64,000 bases of DNA from a virus: the IMG/VR virus record IMGVR_UViG_3300050821_008162, positions 5,430-69,429 of that record; one strand, given 5' to 3'. Below are positions 1 to 9,030 of this stretch, in pieces; within the stretch, counting starts at the first letter, position 1; each line of letters begins with the position of its first letter. Under the pieces are notes generated by a model. It searched no databases. It was not told where the DNA came from and saw only the letters and a program-made list of their open reading frames with translations. Made by a program: the position numbers and the translations under genes.

Positions 1-196
1 GCACCCGGCTTAACCAATGGGAATTATCGGCGAGCGGAGTGCCGTCGACGAAATCGCGATCCTGGACCACTAACTTCATCTTCTTGCCCGCATGGCGGAT
101 GCGCCTGCCTTCCGCATCGGCAGCGCGGTCAACCGTCTGCGGGCTGGGATTGCCGAGCAGATCGCTCATGAGCACTTCCACGTAGTCTGTGTCCAT
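1..196 (-). CDS. Hypothetical phage protein, runs off the left window edge (MDTDYVEVLMSDLLG...)
   Basis: ATG at 196, just after the ATPase stop, with GGAG upstream; frame open to position 1. Confidence 0.5.
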   Translation of the reverse strand, partial: MDTDYVEVLMSDLLGNPSPQTVDRAADAEGRRIRHAGKKMKLVVQDRDFVDGTPLADNSHWLSRV

Positions 197-200
197 GCGC

Positions 201-1505
201 CTACTCCGCCGCTTCCATCACGGGGACGAGCGAGCCGTCCTCCATGACGAGGCCGTTCGCCCCGCGCTCGTCCACCTTTGCGATAATCACGGTGTAGTCG
301 TTCTCGGTCGCGAGCTTCTCCAGGAGAGCAAGGCCGTCCTGGTCGAGTTCGGACCCCTCGTCGATCGTCATCACCCGGAGCTTGGGATTGAGCGCCATGC
401 CGATCATGGCCGAGGTCATGATCTTCACCCGCGTGCCCGCCTGCACGAATGGGATGCCGTTGAGCAGGATCTCGTCCTCGCCAAAGCCGAGGCCCTTCAC
501 AGGCATCTTGGCGGCGGCGACCGCCGCGATCTTCTGCTGGTCGAGGTGCTCGATCTGGCGGGTGAGTTCGGCCGCCTGGGCGTCGTTCTCTTCCGCCTCG
601 TCCTCGAGCCGCACGCGCTCGGCGAAGCGGGCGCGGGTCTGCTTGACCTCGTTCGCCCGCGCGATCTCGGCGTTGATCGGTGCGGTGTCGACGGGCGTGG
701 GCAGCGCGGGCAGCTTGCTGATGTCGATCTCCGCCGCGTCGGCGGCGGCGCCGTGCTGCGCGGCGGTCGTGCGCAGGGCGGCTACGCGCTTCTCCAATTC
801 GGCCGCCTCGTTGAGGGAACGCTGCGCGGCGTCCCTGAGCGCCTGCACCTCGGCCGCCATCGCCGTTCGCCGGAGCCGCTCCGGCTCGATGGCAGCGTTG
901 CGCTTGTTCGTCTCTTCCAACTCGGCGAGCTTCTTGGAGACGTCGATCTCCTTGGGGATCGAGCCGGGCGGCAACTGGATCGCGCCGGCCGCCTTCTTCG
1001 CCTGATCGGCCTTACGGTTGATCTCGGTGCGCGCCTCGAACAGCTGCTTGCGCTGCCCCGCGATCGCGTCGAAGTCGATGCCGGGGACCAACTTCTTGAG
1101 CAGGTCGAACTGCTCCTTCGACTTCGCCTTGGCGAAAGCCAACGGATCGAACGCGAACGCGCCCAACAGGCTATCGAGGAACGCCTGCGGCTTCTTCGAG
1201 ATGGGCTTGCCGTCACCCTCGGTGACCTTGAGCGACATGGTGACGTCGCCGCCCTCGGTCCGGTGGAACGTCCGGGTGACCTTGATCTCCCCGAAGTCAC
1301 CGTAGAGCCGGCACTCCTCCTCGCCGTCGCGGATTGGGCGCGGGGGCGCGGCCGCTTGGCCGGCGAGCAGGACAAAGATCGATTGGAGCAGGCTGGTCTT
1401 GCCCTGGTCGTTCCGCCCCGCGATGGTGACGAGATGGCCGTCCGGCCGGATCGCGACCGCACGGACACGCTGGAAATTGCTAACCCGCAACTCGATCAGT
1501 CTCAT
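201..1505 (-). CDS. SbcC/Rad50-like AAA ATPase with central coiled coil
   Basis: N-terminal LRVSNFQRV, Walker A GRNDQGKT, long coiled coil, Walker B VMTIDEG. Confidence 0.85.
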   Translation of the reverse strand: MRLIELRVSNFQRVRAVAIRPDGHLVTIAGRNDQGKTSLLQSIFVLLAGQAAAPPRPIRDGEEECRLYGDFGEIKVTRTFHRTEGGDVTMSLKVTEGDGKPISKKPQAFLDSLLGAFAFDPLAFAKAKSKEQFDLLKKLVPGIDFDAIAGQRKQLFEARTEINRKADQAKKAAGAIQLPPGSIPKEIDVSKKLAELEETNKRNAAIEPERLRRTAMAAEVQALRDAAQRSLNEAAELEKRVAALRTTAAQHGAAADAAEIDISKLPALPTPVDTAPINAEIARANEVKQTRARFAERVRLEDEAEENDAQAAELTRQIEHLDQQKIAAVAAAKMPVKGLGFGEDEILLNGIPFVQAGTRVKIMTSAMIGMALNPKLRVMTIDEGSELDQDGLALLEKLATENDYTVIIAKVDERGANGLVMEDGSLVPVMEAAE

Positions 1506-1520
1506 GGTGCACTCCCCTGG

Positions 1521-1877
1521 TTATGCGGCGTGCCGCAGGATGATGGATCTCATGGTCCCGATGTTGGGGTAGGCGGCGACGAGCTCTCGAATGACTTGCT
1601 CGATGTCGACGCGGTGCTCGTCCCAGAATTGCCGCTCGCTGCCGGTGTGCTGCTGCATATGATGCGTATGACAGAGGGGCGCGGCCCGCCTGTCGTCGGG
1701 CTTGCGCCCCATGCCCGCCTCGGAGCCCATCCGCACATGCGCGGCCTCACGGCACGGCTCGACGCGGCAGATCAGGCAGGGCAACTCGCGGATCGCCACG
1801 AGATAGCGGCCGTCACGTTGGCGCGGCTTGCGCTCCAACAGGCTTCCGACCGGCGCGATGTTGGCGATCCTAGCCAT
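1521..1877 (-). CDS. DUF968/Ref-like HNH-type zinc-binding nuclease
   Basis: LPCLIC...AAHVR...GMGRKPDD...PLCHTHH...QH pattern. Confidence 0.8.
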   Translation of the reverse strand: MARIANIAPVGSLLERKPRQRDGRYLVAIRELPCLICRVEPCREAAHVRMGSEAGMGRKPDDRRAAPLCHTHHMQQHTGSERQFWDEHRVDIEQVIRELVAAYPNIGTMRSIILRHAA

Positions 1878-2127
1878 TGCGAATCTCCCGCAGTCGCGCG
1901 CGCGCGTTCTCGACGGTGTCCGTCTCGCCCTGGTGCGCGTGGTGCATTGCCGTCTGCTGCATCACACCAGCGAAAACGGTGAGGCGCGTGATCCCCTCGT
2001 TCAGGCTCTCGCTGCCGGACAGGAAGTACGAAGCCGCCACCGTGCGCAGCGCCGCTTCGGCCTCTTGACGCGGCAGGCTGTTGAGGATCATCACGAGGCC
2101 AGTGGCGAAGCCGTTGTCGTCACCCAT
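1870..2127 (-). CDS. Hypothetical phage protein (85 aa)
   Basis: Overlaps both neighbours in the operon; MGDDNGFATG start. Confidence 0.55.
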   Translation of the reverse strand: MGDDNGFATGLVMILNSLPRQEAEAALRTVAASYFLSGSESLNEGITRLTVFAGVMQQTAMHHAHQGETDTVENARARLREIRNG

Positions 2128-2452
2128 TGGCGAGCGCCTCCTTGGCCTTGTCGAACGCGGCGAGCACCTCGGCGTGCGTGCGGCCGGGCGTGTCGTTCCA
2201 TCGCCCCAACGCGAGCGTGATGACGCCATCCCACCGCAGGCCGATCGCGTCGTAGATCGCATCGCGCGCCTGCTGGTACGCTCCCAAAGGATTGTCACGG
2301 ATGTGCCACGCATGCTGGAGCGCGATCAGCGCGCAGCGCGTTCCCTCGTCTTGAAAGCGCCGCGCCGTCCCAGGCCCGTGCGGGGACCAGTCGCCCTCGT
2401 CCGCGATGAGGCTGCGCGCTCTTTCGAGCAATGCGATCGCGGCATTGTTCAT
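2120..2452 (-). CDS. DUF6197-like phage protein
   Basis: LERARSLI...W...CALIAL...WNDTPGRTHAEVLAAFDKA motif; SD GGAGG. Confidence 0.7.
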   Translation of the reverse strand: MNNAAIALLERARSLIADEGDWSPHGPGTARRFQDEGTRCALIALQHAWHIRDNPLGAYQQARDAIYDAIGLRWDGVITLALGRWNDTPGRTHAEVLAAFDKAKEALANG

Positions 2453-2634
2453 CGTCGTACCCCCTCCGGCACCGGCTCGAGTGGCGGGCACCGCTTGTCC
2501 GGACAGCGGTTCGGATCGAGCGGCTGGCCGTTGTCGACGACCGTGATCCGGCAGCGCGGGCAGAACCCGAGGAGCTTCTCCGGCCGTGCATGCCGGTACG
2601 GAAGCGGGCGCAGATTGAAGGGCCAGTCGCTCAT
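2449..2634 (-). CDS. Small Cys-rich (zinc-ribbon-like) protein
   Basis: CPRC...CPDKRC; ATGA-type overlaps with neighbours. Confidence 0.5.
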   Translation of the reverse strand: MSDWPFNLRPLPYRHARPEKLLGFCPRCRITVVDNGQPLDPNRCPDKRCPPLEPVPEGVRR

Positions 2635-2816
2635 AACGCCTCCCGGCTGCGGTCGGTCAGCACAATGACCATCTGCGGCGCGCGTGCCGCCTCGGCCGCA
2701 GCAGCGAGGTCGAGCATCCGCTTGGCGAGATCGCTCTCGCCCAATGCCTCGGCGATCTCGGCGGAGCGCCGGCACTGCTCGGGGTCGAGGCGCGCGGGGG
2801 ACCAGGGCGAGGTCAT
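2631..2816 (-). CDS. Hypothetical protein (61 aa)
   Basis: ATGA-coupled in the operon. Confidence 0.5.
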   Translation of the reverse strand: MTSPWSPARLDPEQCRRSAEIAEALGESDLAKRMLDLAAAAEAARAPQMVIVLTDRSREAL

Positions 2817-2986
2817 TTGAGGTTCCCCGCGTCGTCGTATTCGGGCTCGTCCTGGCGCGGCGGCCGGCTCATCCCCTCAAGGATGCGCATCGCCTCGCCG
2901 AGGTGATGCTGTGTCTTGTTGGCCAGCGTGACGATGGCATCGCACGCCGCGATCGCGTCGAGCCGTTGCTTCTCGGTCAGGTACAT
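2813..2986 (-). CDS. Hypothetical protein (57 aa, MYLTEKQRLDAIAACD...)
   Basis: Translated by hand; G-rich SD; ATGA overlap. Confidence 0.5.
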   Translation of the reverse strand: MYLTEKQRLDAIAACDAIVTLANKTQHHLGEAMRILEGMSRPPRQDEPEYDDAGNLK

Positions 2987-2999
2987 GGGCGCCCCCCCT

Positions 3000-3182
3000 C
3001 TAGAAGCAGGTGTCGCAGGTGCAGTGCTCGTGCTTCCCGCTCTCGCAGAACGCGCTCGCGTCGTGCCACGGGAAGAACGTGTTGCCTGCCTCGCGCTCGC
3101 GATCGCAGTAGGCGCACTGCCCCGGCTTCAACTGGTGGCGGCGCAGAAGGCGCTGGCCCTCGATCTGCTCGGCGATGCTCAT
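3000..3182 (-). CDS. Small zinc-binding protein
   Basis: CAYC...H...C...HCTCDTCF; SD GAGGAGG. Confidence 0.65.
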   Translation of the reverse strand: MSIAEQIEGQRLLRRHQLKPGQCAYCDREREAGNTFFPWHDASAFCESGKHEHCTCDTCF

Positions 3183-3385
3183 GCGACCCTCCTCAACGAA
3201 ATGACGTTGCCGATGCTGCCCAACTCCCTGTTGCGCTCCGCCTCGGGCAGGCCGATTGCGATCAGGCGCGCCCGGTAGATCGCCATCGCGAACGAGAGAT
3301 CCTGCCGGCAGGTGTCCTTGAACTCGCGCTTGGCCTCGGCCAGCTTCGCGGCCCGGGTCTCGTCGCGCTCCGCCCTGTCCTGCAT
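3179..3385 (-). CDS. Hypothetical protein
   Basis: SD GGAGG, coupled to neighbours. Confidence 0.55.
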   Translation of the reverse strand: MQDRAERDETRAAKLAEAKREFKDTCRQDLSFAMAIYRARLIAIGLPEAERNRELGSIGNVISLRRVA

Positions 3386-3387
3386 CG

Positions 3388-3762
3388 TCAGTCCTCCACG
3401 CACACGGGCTCGGGGAAGTGCTGGGCGAAGAACGCAGCGTCGTCCCGCGCCGCCTTGTAGAGGTCGGACGGATCGGGCCGGCTGCCCTCCTCGATCGCGG
3501 TCGGGATCTCATCGATGCAGCTGTGGACGATCGACGCAGTGACCCAGCGGAAGAGTTCCGTGTCACGGACCAGCGTGGCGTCCGGGTCGCCCTTGATCGG
3601 GCCCGAGAGCGTCACTGCGTGGATGTCCCACTCGTAGCCATCCCGCTTATTGCCGGTGAACGAGATGACGCACTCGCCCTCGATGAGGGCAATGCGTCGC
3701 AATTCCTCGCCAACCCGCACCAGCAGCGGCACGTCGCTGAACTGATAGGAGATTTCACGCAT
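3388..3762 (-). CDS. Hypothetical phage protein (124 aa)
   Basis: SD AAGGAGGTGA; overlaps repressor stop. Confidence 0.65.
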   Translation of the reverse strand: MREISYQFSDVPLLVRVGEELRRIALIEGECVISFTGNKRDGYEWDIHAVTLSGPIKGDPDATLVRDTELFRWVTASIVHSCIDEIPTAIEEGSRPDPSDLYKAARDDAAFFAQHFPEPVCVED

Positions 3763-4144
3763 GGGTCACCTCCTTCTTGCGGGACAGGGTGCGCAGGAGG
3801 CCCAGCATGCGGTCGCGCAATTCGCTGTCGGAGATTCCGTTGAAGGCGTCCGCCGCCAGCACCGTTTCCCGCGATGTCGCGAGCACCTCGATGGCATCCT
3901 CGGTTCCGTTCTGCCGAGGGAAAAAGGATTCGATCGGCTGTTGCAGGTGATCGGCGATCACGAAAAGGTCCGCCGCGGACAGCCGCGTCCCACCTGTCTC
4001 ATACTTTTGGTACTGTTGGGTGCTGACGCCCAGGAGTTTCCCACACTTTTGCTGCGAGACTTTCTGGTGCTGCCGCGCAACTTTCAACTTAGTTGCGATG
4101 TATTCAGCAGTATCAACATTCGTGAGACTTTTGGCCGGCTGCAT
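3755..4144 (-). CDS. XRE-family HTH regulator (candidate repressor)
   Basis: LKVARQHQKVSQQKCGKLLGVSTQQYQKYETGGTRLSA = HTH_3; divergent from the replication operon. Confidence 0.85.
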   Translation of the reverse strand: MQPAKSLTNVDTAEYIATKLKVARQHQKVSQQKCGKLLGVSTQQYQKYETGGTRLSAADLFVIADHLQQPIESFFPRQNGTEDAIEVLATSRETVLAADAFNGISDSELRDRMLGLLRTLSRKKEVTHA

Positions 4145-4159
4145 GGACGCTTCCCGTTA

Positions 4160-4340
4160 ACGCTTGAGACCGCCGCTGCTAACAATGGTTGCAGCTAGTT
4201 TCGTCGTCAAGTGGGACCGGGGTATTTTTTTAAGACTGTCTTGACGAAGAGACTCGGCGCGTCTCAAACTGAGACTGTCAGCACCAGTCCCACTCTCCGT
4301 GGGACCAAAAGAGTACAGGCGTCTCACAGATTGAGATCGG
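4160..4340. promoter_or_regulatory. Divergent promoter/operator region (lysis-lysogeny switch)
   Basis: TTGACG -35 boxes on both strands (4241-4246 +; 4205-4210 -); palindromes GTCTCA-aac-TGAGAC (4261-4275), GTCCCAC-tctcc-GTGGGAC (4287-4305), imperfect GTCTCA-cagat-TGAGAT (4321-4337). Confidence 0.6.
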
Positions 4341-4424
4341 GTAGCCGCGCGCGTTCGCCCGCGCCGGTGAGAGCGCGTGCGTTCGCCGACGCTCGCGTGA
4401 GAGCGCCTGCATGGGAGAAAACGG

Positions 4425-4961
4425 GTGAATCCCCTAGAAATTCCGGCAGGTTGGACCGACGAGCGCGTCGAGGCCCTCAAGCGGCTGTGGGCCGACGGCC
4501 TGAGCGTGTCGAAGATCGCCGCCGCGATCGGCGGTGGTCTCAGTCGCAATGCCGTGATTGGGAAGGTTCACCGACTCGGATTGAGCGGTCGCAAGGAGAA
4601 GGTCAGCTGCCGTGCCACGCCGGCACGCAATAGCGCCAGTCGACGACGAACCAAGTCATGGCCGCCCCCTTCCCGTACAACGGCGGGTACGCGCACGGCG
4701 TCCCGTCCTGTTCTTTTCTACGCAGAAGTCCTTGCTGCAACTCAAGCATGTCACCCAGAGCCGATCAAGTTGAAATTTGACGCCCTGGGCATGCGGAATT
4801 GCAGGTACCCCTTTGGCCACCCCGGGACGCCCGACTTCTTCTTCTGCGGCATTCCCGAGGCGGATTTCCCTGAACAACCATACTGCTCGTTCCACCGGCG
4901 CTGGTGCGGCGGCGGATATGGCAACCGCCCGCAACGGGCCTATTGGAGGAAGAAAACATGA
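4425..4961 (+). CDS. gcrA: GcrA-family cell-cycle regulator
   Basis: WTDERVEALKRLWADGLSVSKIAAAIGG-LSRNAVIGKVHRLGLSGR and C-terminal CRYPFGHPGTPDFFFCG...PYCSFH. Confidence 0.92.
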   Translation: MNPLEIPAGWTDERVEALKRLWADGLSVSKIAAAIGGGLSRNAVIGKVHRLGLSGRKEKVSCRATPARNSASRRRTKSWPPPSRTTAGTRTASRPVLFYAEVLAATQACHPEPIKLKFDALGMRNCRYPFGHPGTPDFFFCGIPEADFPEQPYCSFHRRWCGGGYGNRPQRAYWRKKT

Positions 4962-5602
4962 GCGTGCGTGGGAAACGCGGCGAACCGCCGCAGGTCAACG
5001 GTTCCGCCCCACCGGAGACTGAGACACCTCCCGGCGAGGTCCCGGCCGAGACCGAGACCAAGAAGAACGACAAGGTCGAGTTGACGCTCGATCAGGCGCG
5101 TTCCCTGACCGGCCAGTGGGTGGAAAAGGTCAATGCCCAGCACAACAAGACGGACGACGCCAAGGAGGCCTATGAAAGCGAAAGAGGCTCCCTGCGCGAG
5201 TTGTTCAAGCAGGTGAAGGGGGAGCTCGGGCAAGAGGGACTCGATCGGGTCAAACTGCTCGTCAAGCTAAAGCGGGACCCCGAGGCCGAACACCGTCTCC
5301 GCCAGCAGATCGAGACGATCATGTGGGCGGTGCAGTACGCCGAGGCCCTGCCGGGCCAGCAGTTGCAACTCATCACGGACCTCACGCCCATCGAGGACCG
5401 CGCTTTCGAGCAGGGCAAGGATCTCGGCTGGCGTGGGCTGCCCTACAACTCGCGCTATGGGCTGGGCACTGCCGCAGATCGACGCTTCCAGGAGGGGTAC
5501 GTCGAGGGCCAGGCAATCCTCTCCAAGGGCTTCAAGCCGCTGGAGAAGCCGCCGGAGCCGATCGGGGACGCCGAGGCGACGCACGAGGTCAAAGCCTCAT
5601 GA
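4958..5602 (+). CDS. Phage protein, possible GapR-like helical domain plus RMF-like C-terminus
   Basis: SD GGAGG; helical core; C-terminal RAFEQG..LG..G...Y......RRFQEGYVEGQ. Confidence 0.55.
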   Translation: MSVRGKRGEPPQVNGSAPPETETPPGEVPAETETKKNDKVELTLDQARSLTGQWVEKVNAQHNKTDDAKEAYESERGSLRELFKQVKGELGQEGLDRVKLLVKLKRDPEAEHRLRQQIETIMWAVQYAEALPGQQLQLITDLTPIEDRAFEQGKDLGWRGLPYNSRYGLGTAADRRFQEGYVEGQAILSKGFKPLEKPPEPIGDAEATHEVKAS

Positions 5603-6156
5603 CCCTCGCCGGGCCGATCCTCGCCTTGGACCTCGCGAACAAGACCGGGTTCGCCATTGGCGAGCCGTTCTCTGTTCCCCGGTCCGGGATGGTGACGCTC
5701 AAGCGATCTGATGAAGCGCGCGCACGGGCGATGGGCAACCTGATCGCCTGGCTGCAAGAGCAATGGAAGGGCGCCAAGCCGGCTCTGGTGGTTCGTGAGG
5801 CGCCATTCCCCCTGGAGGCGTTCCGCAAGCGGCACAACTCGCAGGCCGCTGCGGAACTCGCCTACGGCCTCCACGGGGTCCTCGAAGGGATGTGCGACCG
5901 GTTCAACGTGCGGCTGGAGTCCGTTCACCCGGCCACAGCGAGGAAGCACTTTATCGGCCGCGCAAATGCCGGCGAGCGCAGCACCACCAAGGCGACGGTG
6001 GTCGCGCGCTGCCACGTCCTGCGGCTGATGCCGAAGGATTGCTTTGACGACAATCGGGCCGACGCCCTCGCCGTGTGGGATTGGGCCTGCGCCACCTTCG
6101 GCCAGCGGTCGGGTCAGGTCAGCGCGCTCTACCTGTTTGGGGAGCGGCCGCGATGA
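5599..6156 (+). CDS. RuvC-like Holliday junction resolvase
   Basis: ILALDLANKTGFA, LVVREAP, VHPATARKHFIG, DDNRADALAV. Confidence 0.85.
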   Translation: MTLAGPILALDLANKTGFAIGEPFSVPRSGMVTLKRSDEARARAMGNLIAWLQEQWKGAKPALVVREAPFPLEAFRKRHNSQAAAELAYGLHGVLEGMCDRFNVRLESVHPATARKHFIGRANAGERSTTKATVVARCHVLRLMPKDCFDDNRADALAVWDWACATFGQRSGQVSALYLFGERPR

Positions 6157-6624
6157 AGGCGCTGACGATCTGGCAGCCATGGGCGACGCTCATCATGATT
6201 GGGGCGAAGCCGTACGAGTTCCGGCGCTGGGATTTCCGCGAACGGTCGCGCTCGCTCGTCGGGCAGCGCATCGTCATCCACGCGGGTAGCCGGCCGGTGA
6301 AGCCGTCCGAGATCGAGGACATCCTCGAGCGCATCGGCGATCATATCTCGTCACTCCGGCGCGAGACCGCCATGCCGCTGTTGGAGCGCCTGCGCGCGGC
6401 ACACAAGTGTCGCGGGGTCGTCCCGCTCGCCGCAAGGCCTCGGTACGGCGGTGCTCGGCGCGCCCAAGAGCGTCGCGGCGCTGTTCAACTCGCCGGCCGA
6501 TTCCGATCGCATCGACCATCACATGTGGGCGTGGCCGCTGACCGAGATCATGCCATGGCGGGAACCTGTCCCAGTTCGAGGCGCGCAGGGCTTCTGGAAC
6601 TGGCCGCTGCGGGTGCAGCCATGA
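6153..6624 (+). pseudogene. ASCH-domain protein with a one-base insertion at ~6435
   Basis: N-half MKALTIWQPWATLIMIGAKPYEFR...IVIHAG; C-half GLGTAVL...WAWPLTEIMPWREPVPVRGAQGFWNW lies in the +1 frame after GCC GCA A GGC. Confidence 0.8.
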
Positions 6625-6953
6625 AGGAACCGCTGACAGGCCGCCCCGTCACCGACAAATACACGCCGGCGCAGGTCAAGGAAGCGCAGGAGATTCTCTA
6701 CCGCGCGATGAAACGCGCGTGCACGCGCGAGCCGGGCAAGGTGCTCGATGTGGCCTACTTCCTCGCGATGATGACCGACGTGCTCGCGTGCGTCTACGCA
6801 GAGATGGCGGCCGCTGGGCGCCTCATTGAGGAGGGCGGTGTCGAGACGGTCCTGCGCGGGGCGATGACGCTGATCGAGGACGACTTCCGCCGGACCCTCA
6901 CCGACCGTCGCAATCACGAACTGGCGGAAGCCGCCAAAGCGACGAGGCAGTGA
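6621..6953 (+). CDS. Hypothetical helical protein (MKEPLTGRPVTDKY...)
   Basis: ATGA overlap with the ASCH C-half stop. Confidence 0.6.
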   Translation: MKEPLTGRPVTDKYTPAQVKEAQEILYRAMKRACTREPGKVLDVAYFLAMMTDVLACVYAEMAAAGRLIEEGGVETVLRGAMTLIEDDFRRTLTDRRNHELAEAAKATRQ

Positions 6954-7267
6954 TGGGCGCCCCCATTCCCGTCTTGGGCTACCGCAGCCGCACCGACGCC
7001 GTGATGGCGCTGCGTGCGCAGGGCAAGAGCTACGCCGAGATCGCCGAGATGATCGGGGTCGACCGGAGGCGTGTCGCGCAACTCGTCCACATGGGCAAGC
7101 GCGCCAAGCGGAAATACGGGGTCGATCTGCACGTCAGCGACAAGATCGCCAGCCAGCTGCTGCCGCACGCGGCGGAACGCAAGGTCGACCTCCCGACGCT
7201 GGCCCTCCGCATCCTTCAGGCGACGGCAGAGGGCGGGCTCATCGACGCCGTGCTCGACGACAGGTGA
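6953..7267 (+). CDS. HTH DNA-binding protein (sigma-70 region 4-like)
   Basis: AVMALRAQGKSYAEIAEMIGVDRRRVAQLV. Confidence 0.7.
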   Translation: MGAPIPVLGYRSRTDAVMALRAQGKSYAEIAEMIGVDRRRVAQLVHMGKRAKRKYGVDLHVSDKIASQLLPHAAERKVDLPTLALRILQATAEGGLIDAVLDDR

Positions 7268-7602
7268 GGGCAGTGAGCGCACAGACGCAGTCGATGCGGG
7301 ACGCGATCGAGCGCGAGGCGGCCGCGAGCGTGGCGAACTTCGACCACCTCGCCGACGCGCTCGCCGACCTGCTCGACGAGCGCGTGCGGTTCCTCGTGCA
7401 CTGGCAGGACATCAAGCATCGGCCGGCCAACCCGGACAGCCCGCAGGCGCCGTTCCTCGAGCGCCGGATCGAAGTGATCGAGCGGGTCGTCGAGCAGAAG
7501 CTCCGCGAGGCCCGCGCGCTGGCGTTCTGCCGGGCCTTCCTCCGCGCGCTGCGCGATCGCGAGGGCGAACTGCGGACCGACGCCTTTGGGAGGTCGCCAT
7601 GA
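7264..7602 (+). CDS. Hypothetical protein
   Basis: Coupled ORF with high-GC3 codon usage. Confidence 0.55.
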   Translation: MRAVSAQTQSMRDAIEREAAASVANFDHLADALADLLDERVRFLVHWQDIKHRPANPDSPQAPFLERRIEVIERVVEQKLREARALAFCRAFLRALRDREGELRTDAFGRSP

Positions 7603-7931
7603 CGTTGCGCGAGATCATGATCGAGGTGGCGATCAAGCACCGGCTGCGGATCGAGGACATCCGCGCCCGCTCGAAGGTGCCCAAGCTGGTGCGGGCGCGG
7701 CAGGAGTTCTGCTACCGCGCGCTCAACGAGACGGGTCGGACCTCGGGCGAGATCGGCTTTTTTATCCGGCGCGAGCACGCGACGGTGCTCTGGGCGGCGG
7801 CGCGGTTCTGCCGCAGCACCGGCTTTCCGCCGCCGCGCGGCATCGACTACTTCGCCAAATCCTACCGCTGGGGCCATTGGAGCACCTGGCCGTCGCACCG
7901 GCACCGGCTCGAAGCGAGGGCCACGACGTGA
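7599..7931 (+). CDS. DnaA C-terminal (domain IV)-like HTH protein
   Basis: EVAIKHRLRIEDIRARSKVPKLVRARQEFCYRA...TSGEIGFFIRREHATVLWA. Confidence 0.8.
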   Translation: MTLREIMIEVAIKHRLRIEDIRARSKVPKLVRARQEFCYRALNETGRTSGEIGFFIRREHATVLWAAARFCRSTGFPPPRGIDYFAKSYRWGHWSTWPSHRHRLEARATT

Positions 7932-8530
7932 ACCAGCTTGCCCTCTTTCCCAAGGCGAAGCCGGGGCGCGCTCGTCCGGTCGAGCCGATCGCGCGCTCGG
8001 CCGAGGTCGAGGGGCCGTACCGCTACAAGCTCGAACGGGCGTGGGGTGGCGGGCCTGCCGTCGGCTGGATTCTTCTGAACCCGAGCACGGCCGACGGCCA
8101 GCGCGACGATCCGACCTGCTGGGAGATGATGTGCCACTCGCTCCGCCTGGGCTTCGGCTCGATGGTGGTGGTGAACGTCTATCCGTACATCACGCCCGAC
8201 CCAAAAAAGCTCGCCGTGTGGCGGGCGCGGCAGGAGGTGATCGGCTGGATCAACGCCGGCGCCTACCAAGCCTTCTGCCACAACGCGCGGCGCGCGGCGC
8301 GTGCGCTCGACCGCGTGCAGACTCGCATCGTGGCGTGGGGCAACAACGCCGATCTGCGCGACGTCGAGGATTTCATGGACCGCATCGCCACCGCGGACCC
8401 TGATGACTGCGAGGGCGAGCCGATCGTCTGGCACTGCCTCGGCAAGACGGCCTCCGGCGCGCCCATTCACCCCCTCGCCCGCGGCAAGCACCGCATCCCG
8501 AACGACCAGAGGCTCATTGCCTGGAAATGA
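7928..8530 (+). CDS. DUF1643-domain protein
   Basis: YRYKLERAW...WILLNPSTADGQRDDPT...VVNVYPY..P...IVAWG...HPL. Confidence 0.85.
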   Translation: MNQLALFPKAKPGRARPVEPIARSAEVEGPYRYKLERAWGGGPAVGWILLNPSTADGQRDDPTCWEMMCHSLRLGFGSMVVVNVYPYITPDPKKLAVWRARQEVIGWINAGAYQAFCHNARRAARALDRVQTRIVAWGNNADLRDVEDFMDRIATADPDDCEGEPIVWHCLGKTASGAPIHPLARGKHRIPNDQRLIAWK

Positions 8531-9030
8531 CGCCCACCGCCGACCATATCGCGATCGCGATCGTCGCCGCCTGCAAGGAGACCGGGGCGGATCCCGAGCA
8601 CGTCGCGATGGGCGCCAACACGGCCGGCCGCAAGAGCAATCATTCGATTCCGCGGGCGCGTGCCTATGCGGCGATCGCGCTGCGCGCGGTGTTTGAGGGT
8701 GCGGCCGCGCCGATGATCGCGCGGGCGGTCGGGTACAACAAAGCGGCGACCGGGGCGCTCGCCCAGATCGACTTTCAATTCCGCCAGGGCCTCATGCGGT
8801 GGTGGGACGACGCCGCCTTCATGCGCGTGGTGGCGGCGCTCGAAGCGATGGTCGGCCAGGTGGAGAAGGACGCCGTCGTATTCAAGGGCACGGCGGTGTG
8901 CCGCGAGCCGGTGGTGAAGGCGTATCCGATCCTGCGCGCTAAACGCCCGCTCGGCGCCCGGGTGACGGAGGAAGTGCTCCGCGACCCGGCGCCCGGTCGC
9001 TCCGCATTGGAGGCGCGCCGTGGACGCTAG
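8527..9030 (+). CDS. Hypothetical phage protein
   Basis: Coupled ORF ending LRDPAPGRSALEAR. Confidence 0.6.
   Translation: MTPTADHIAIAIVAACKETGADPEHVAMGANTAGRKSNHSIPRARAYAAIALRAVFEGAAAPMIARAVGYNKAATGALAQIDFQFRQGLMRWWDDAAFMRVVAALEAMVGQVEKDAVVFKGTAVCREPVVKAYPILRAKRPLGARVTEEVLRDPAPGRSALEARRGR

Noticed and set aside
6075-6953. 292-aa ORF as a single genuine gene
   Set aside because: Product of the ASCH frameshift joining two genes
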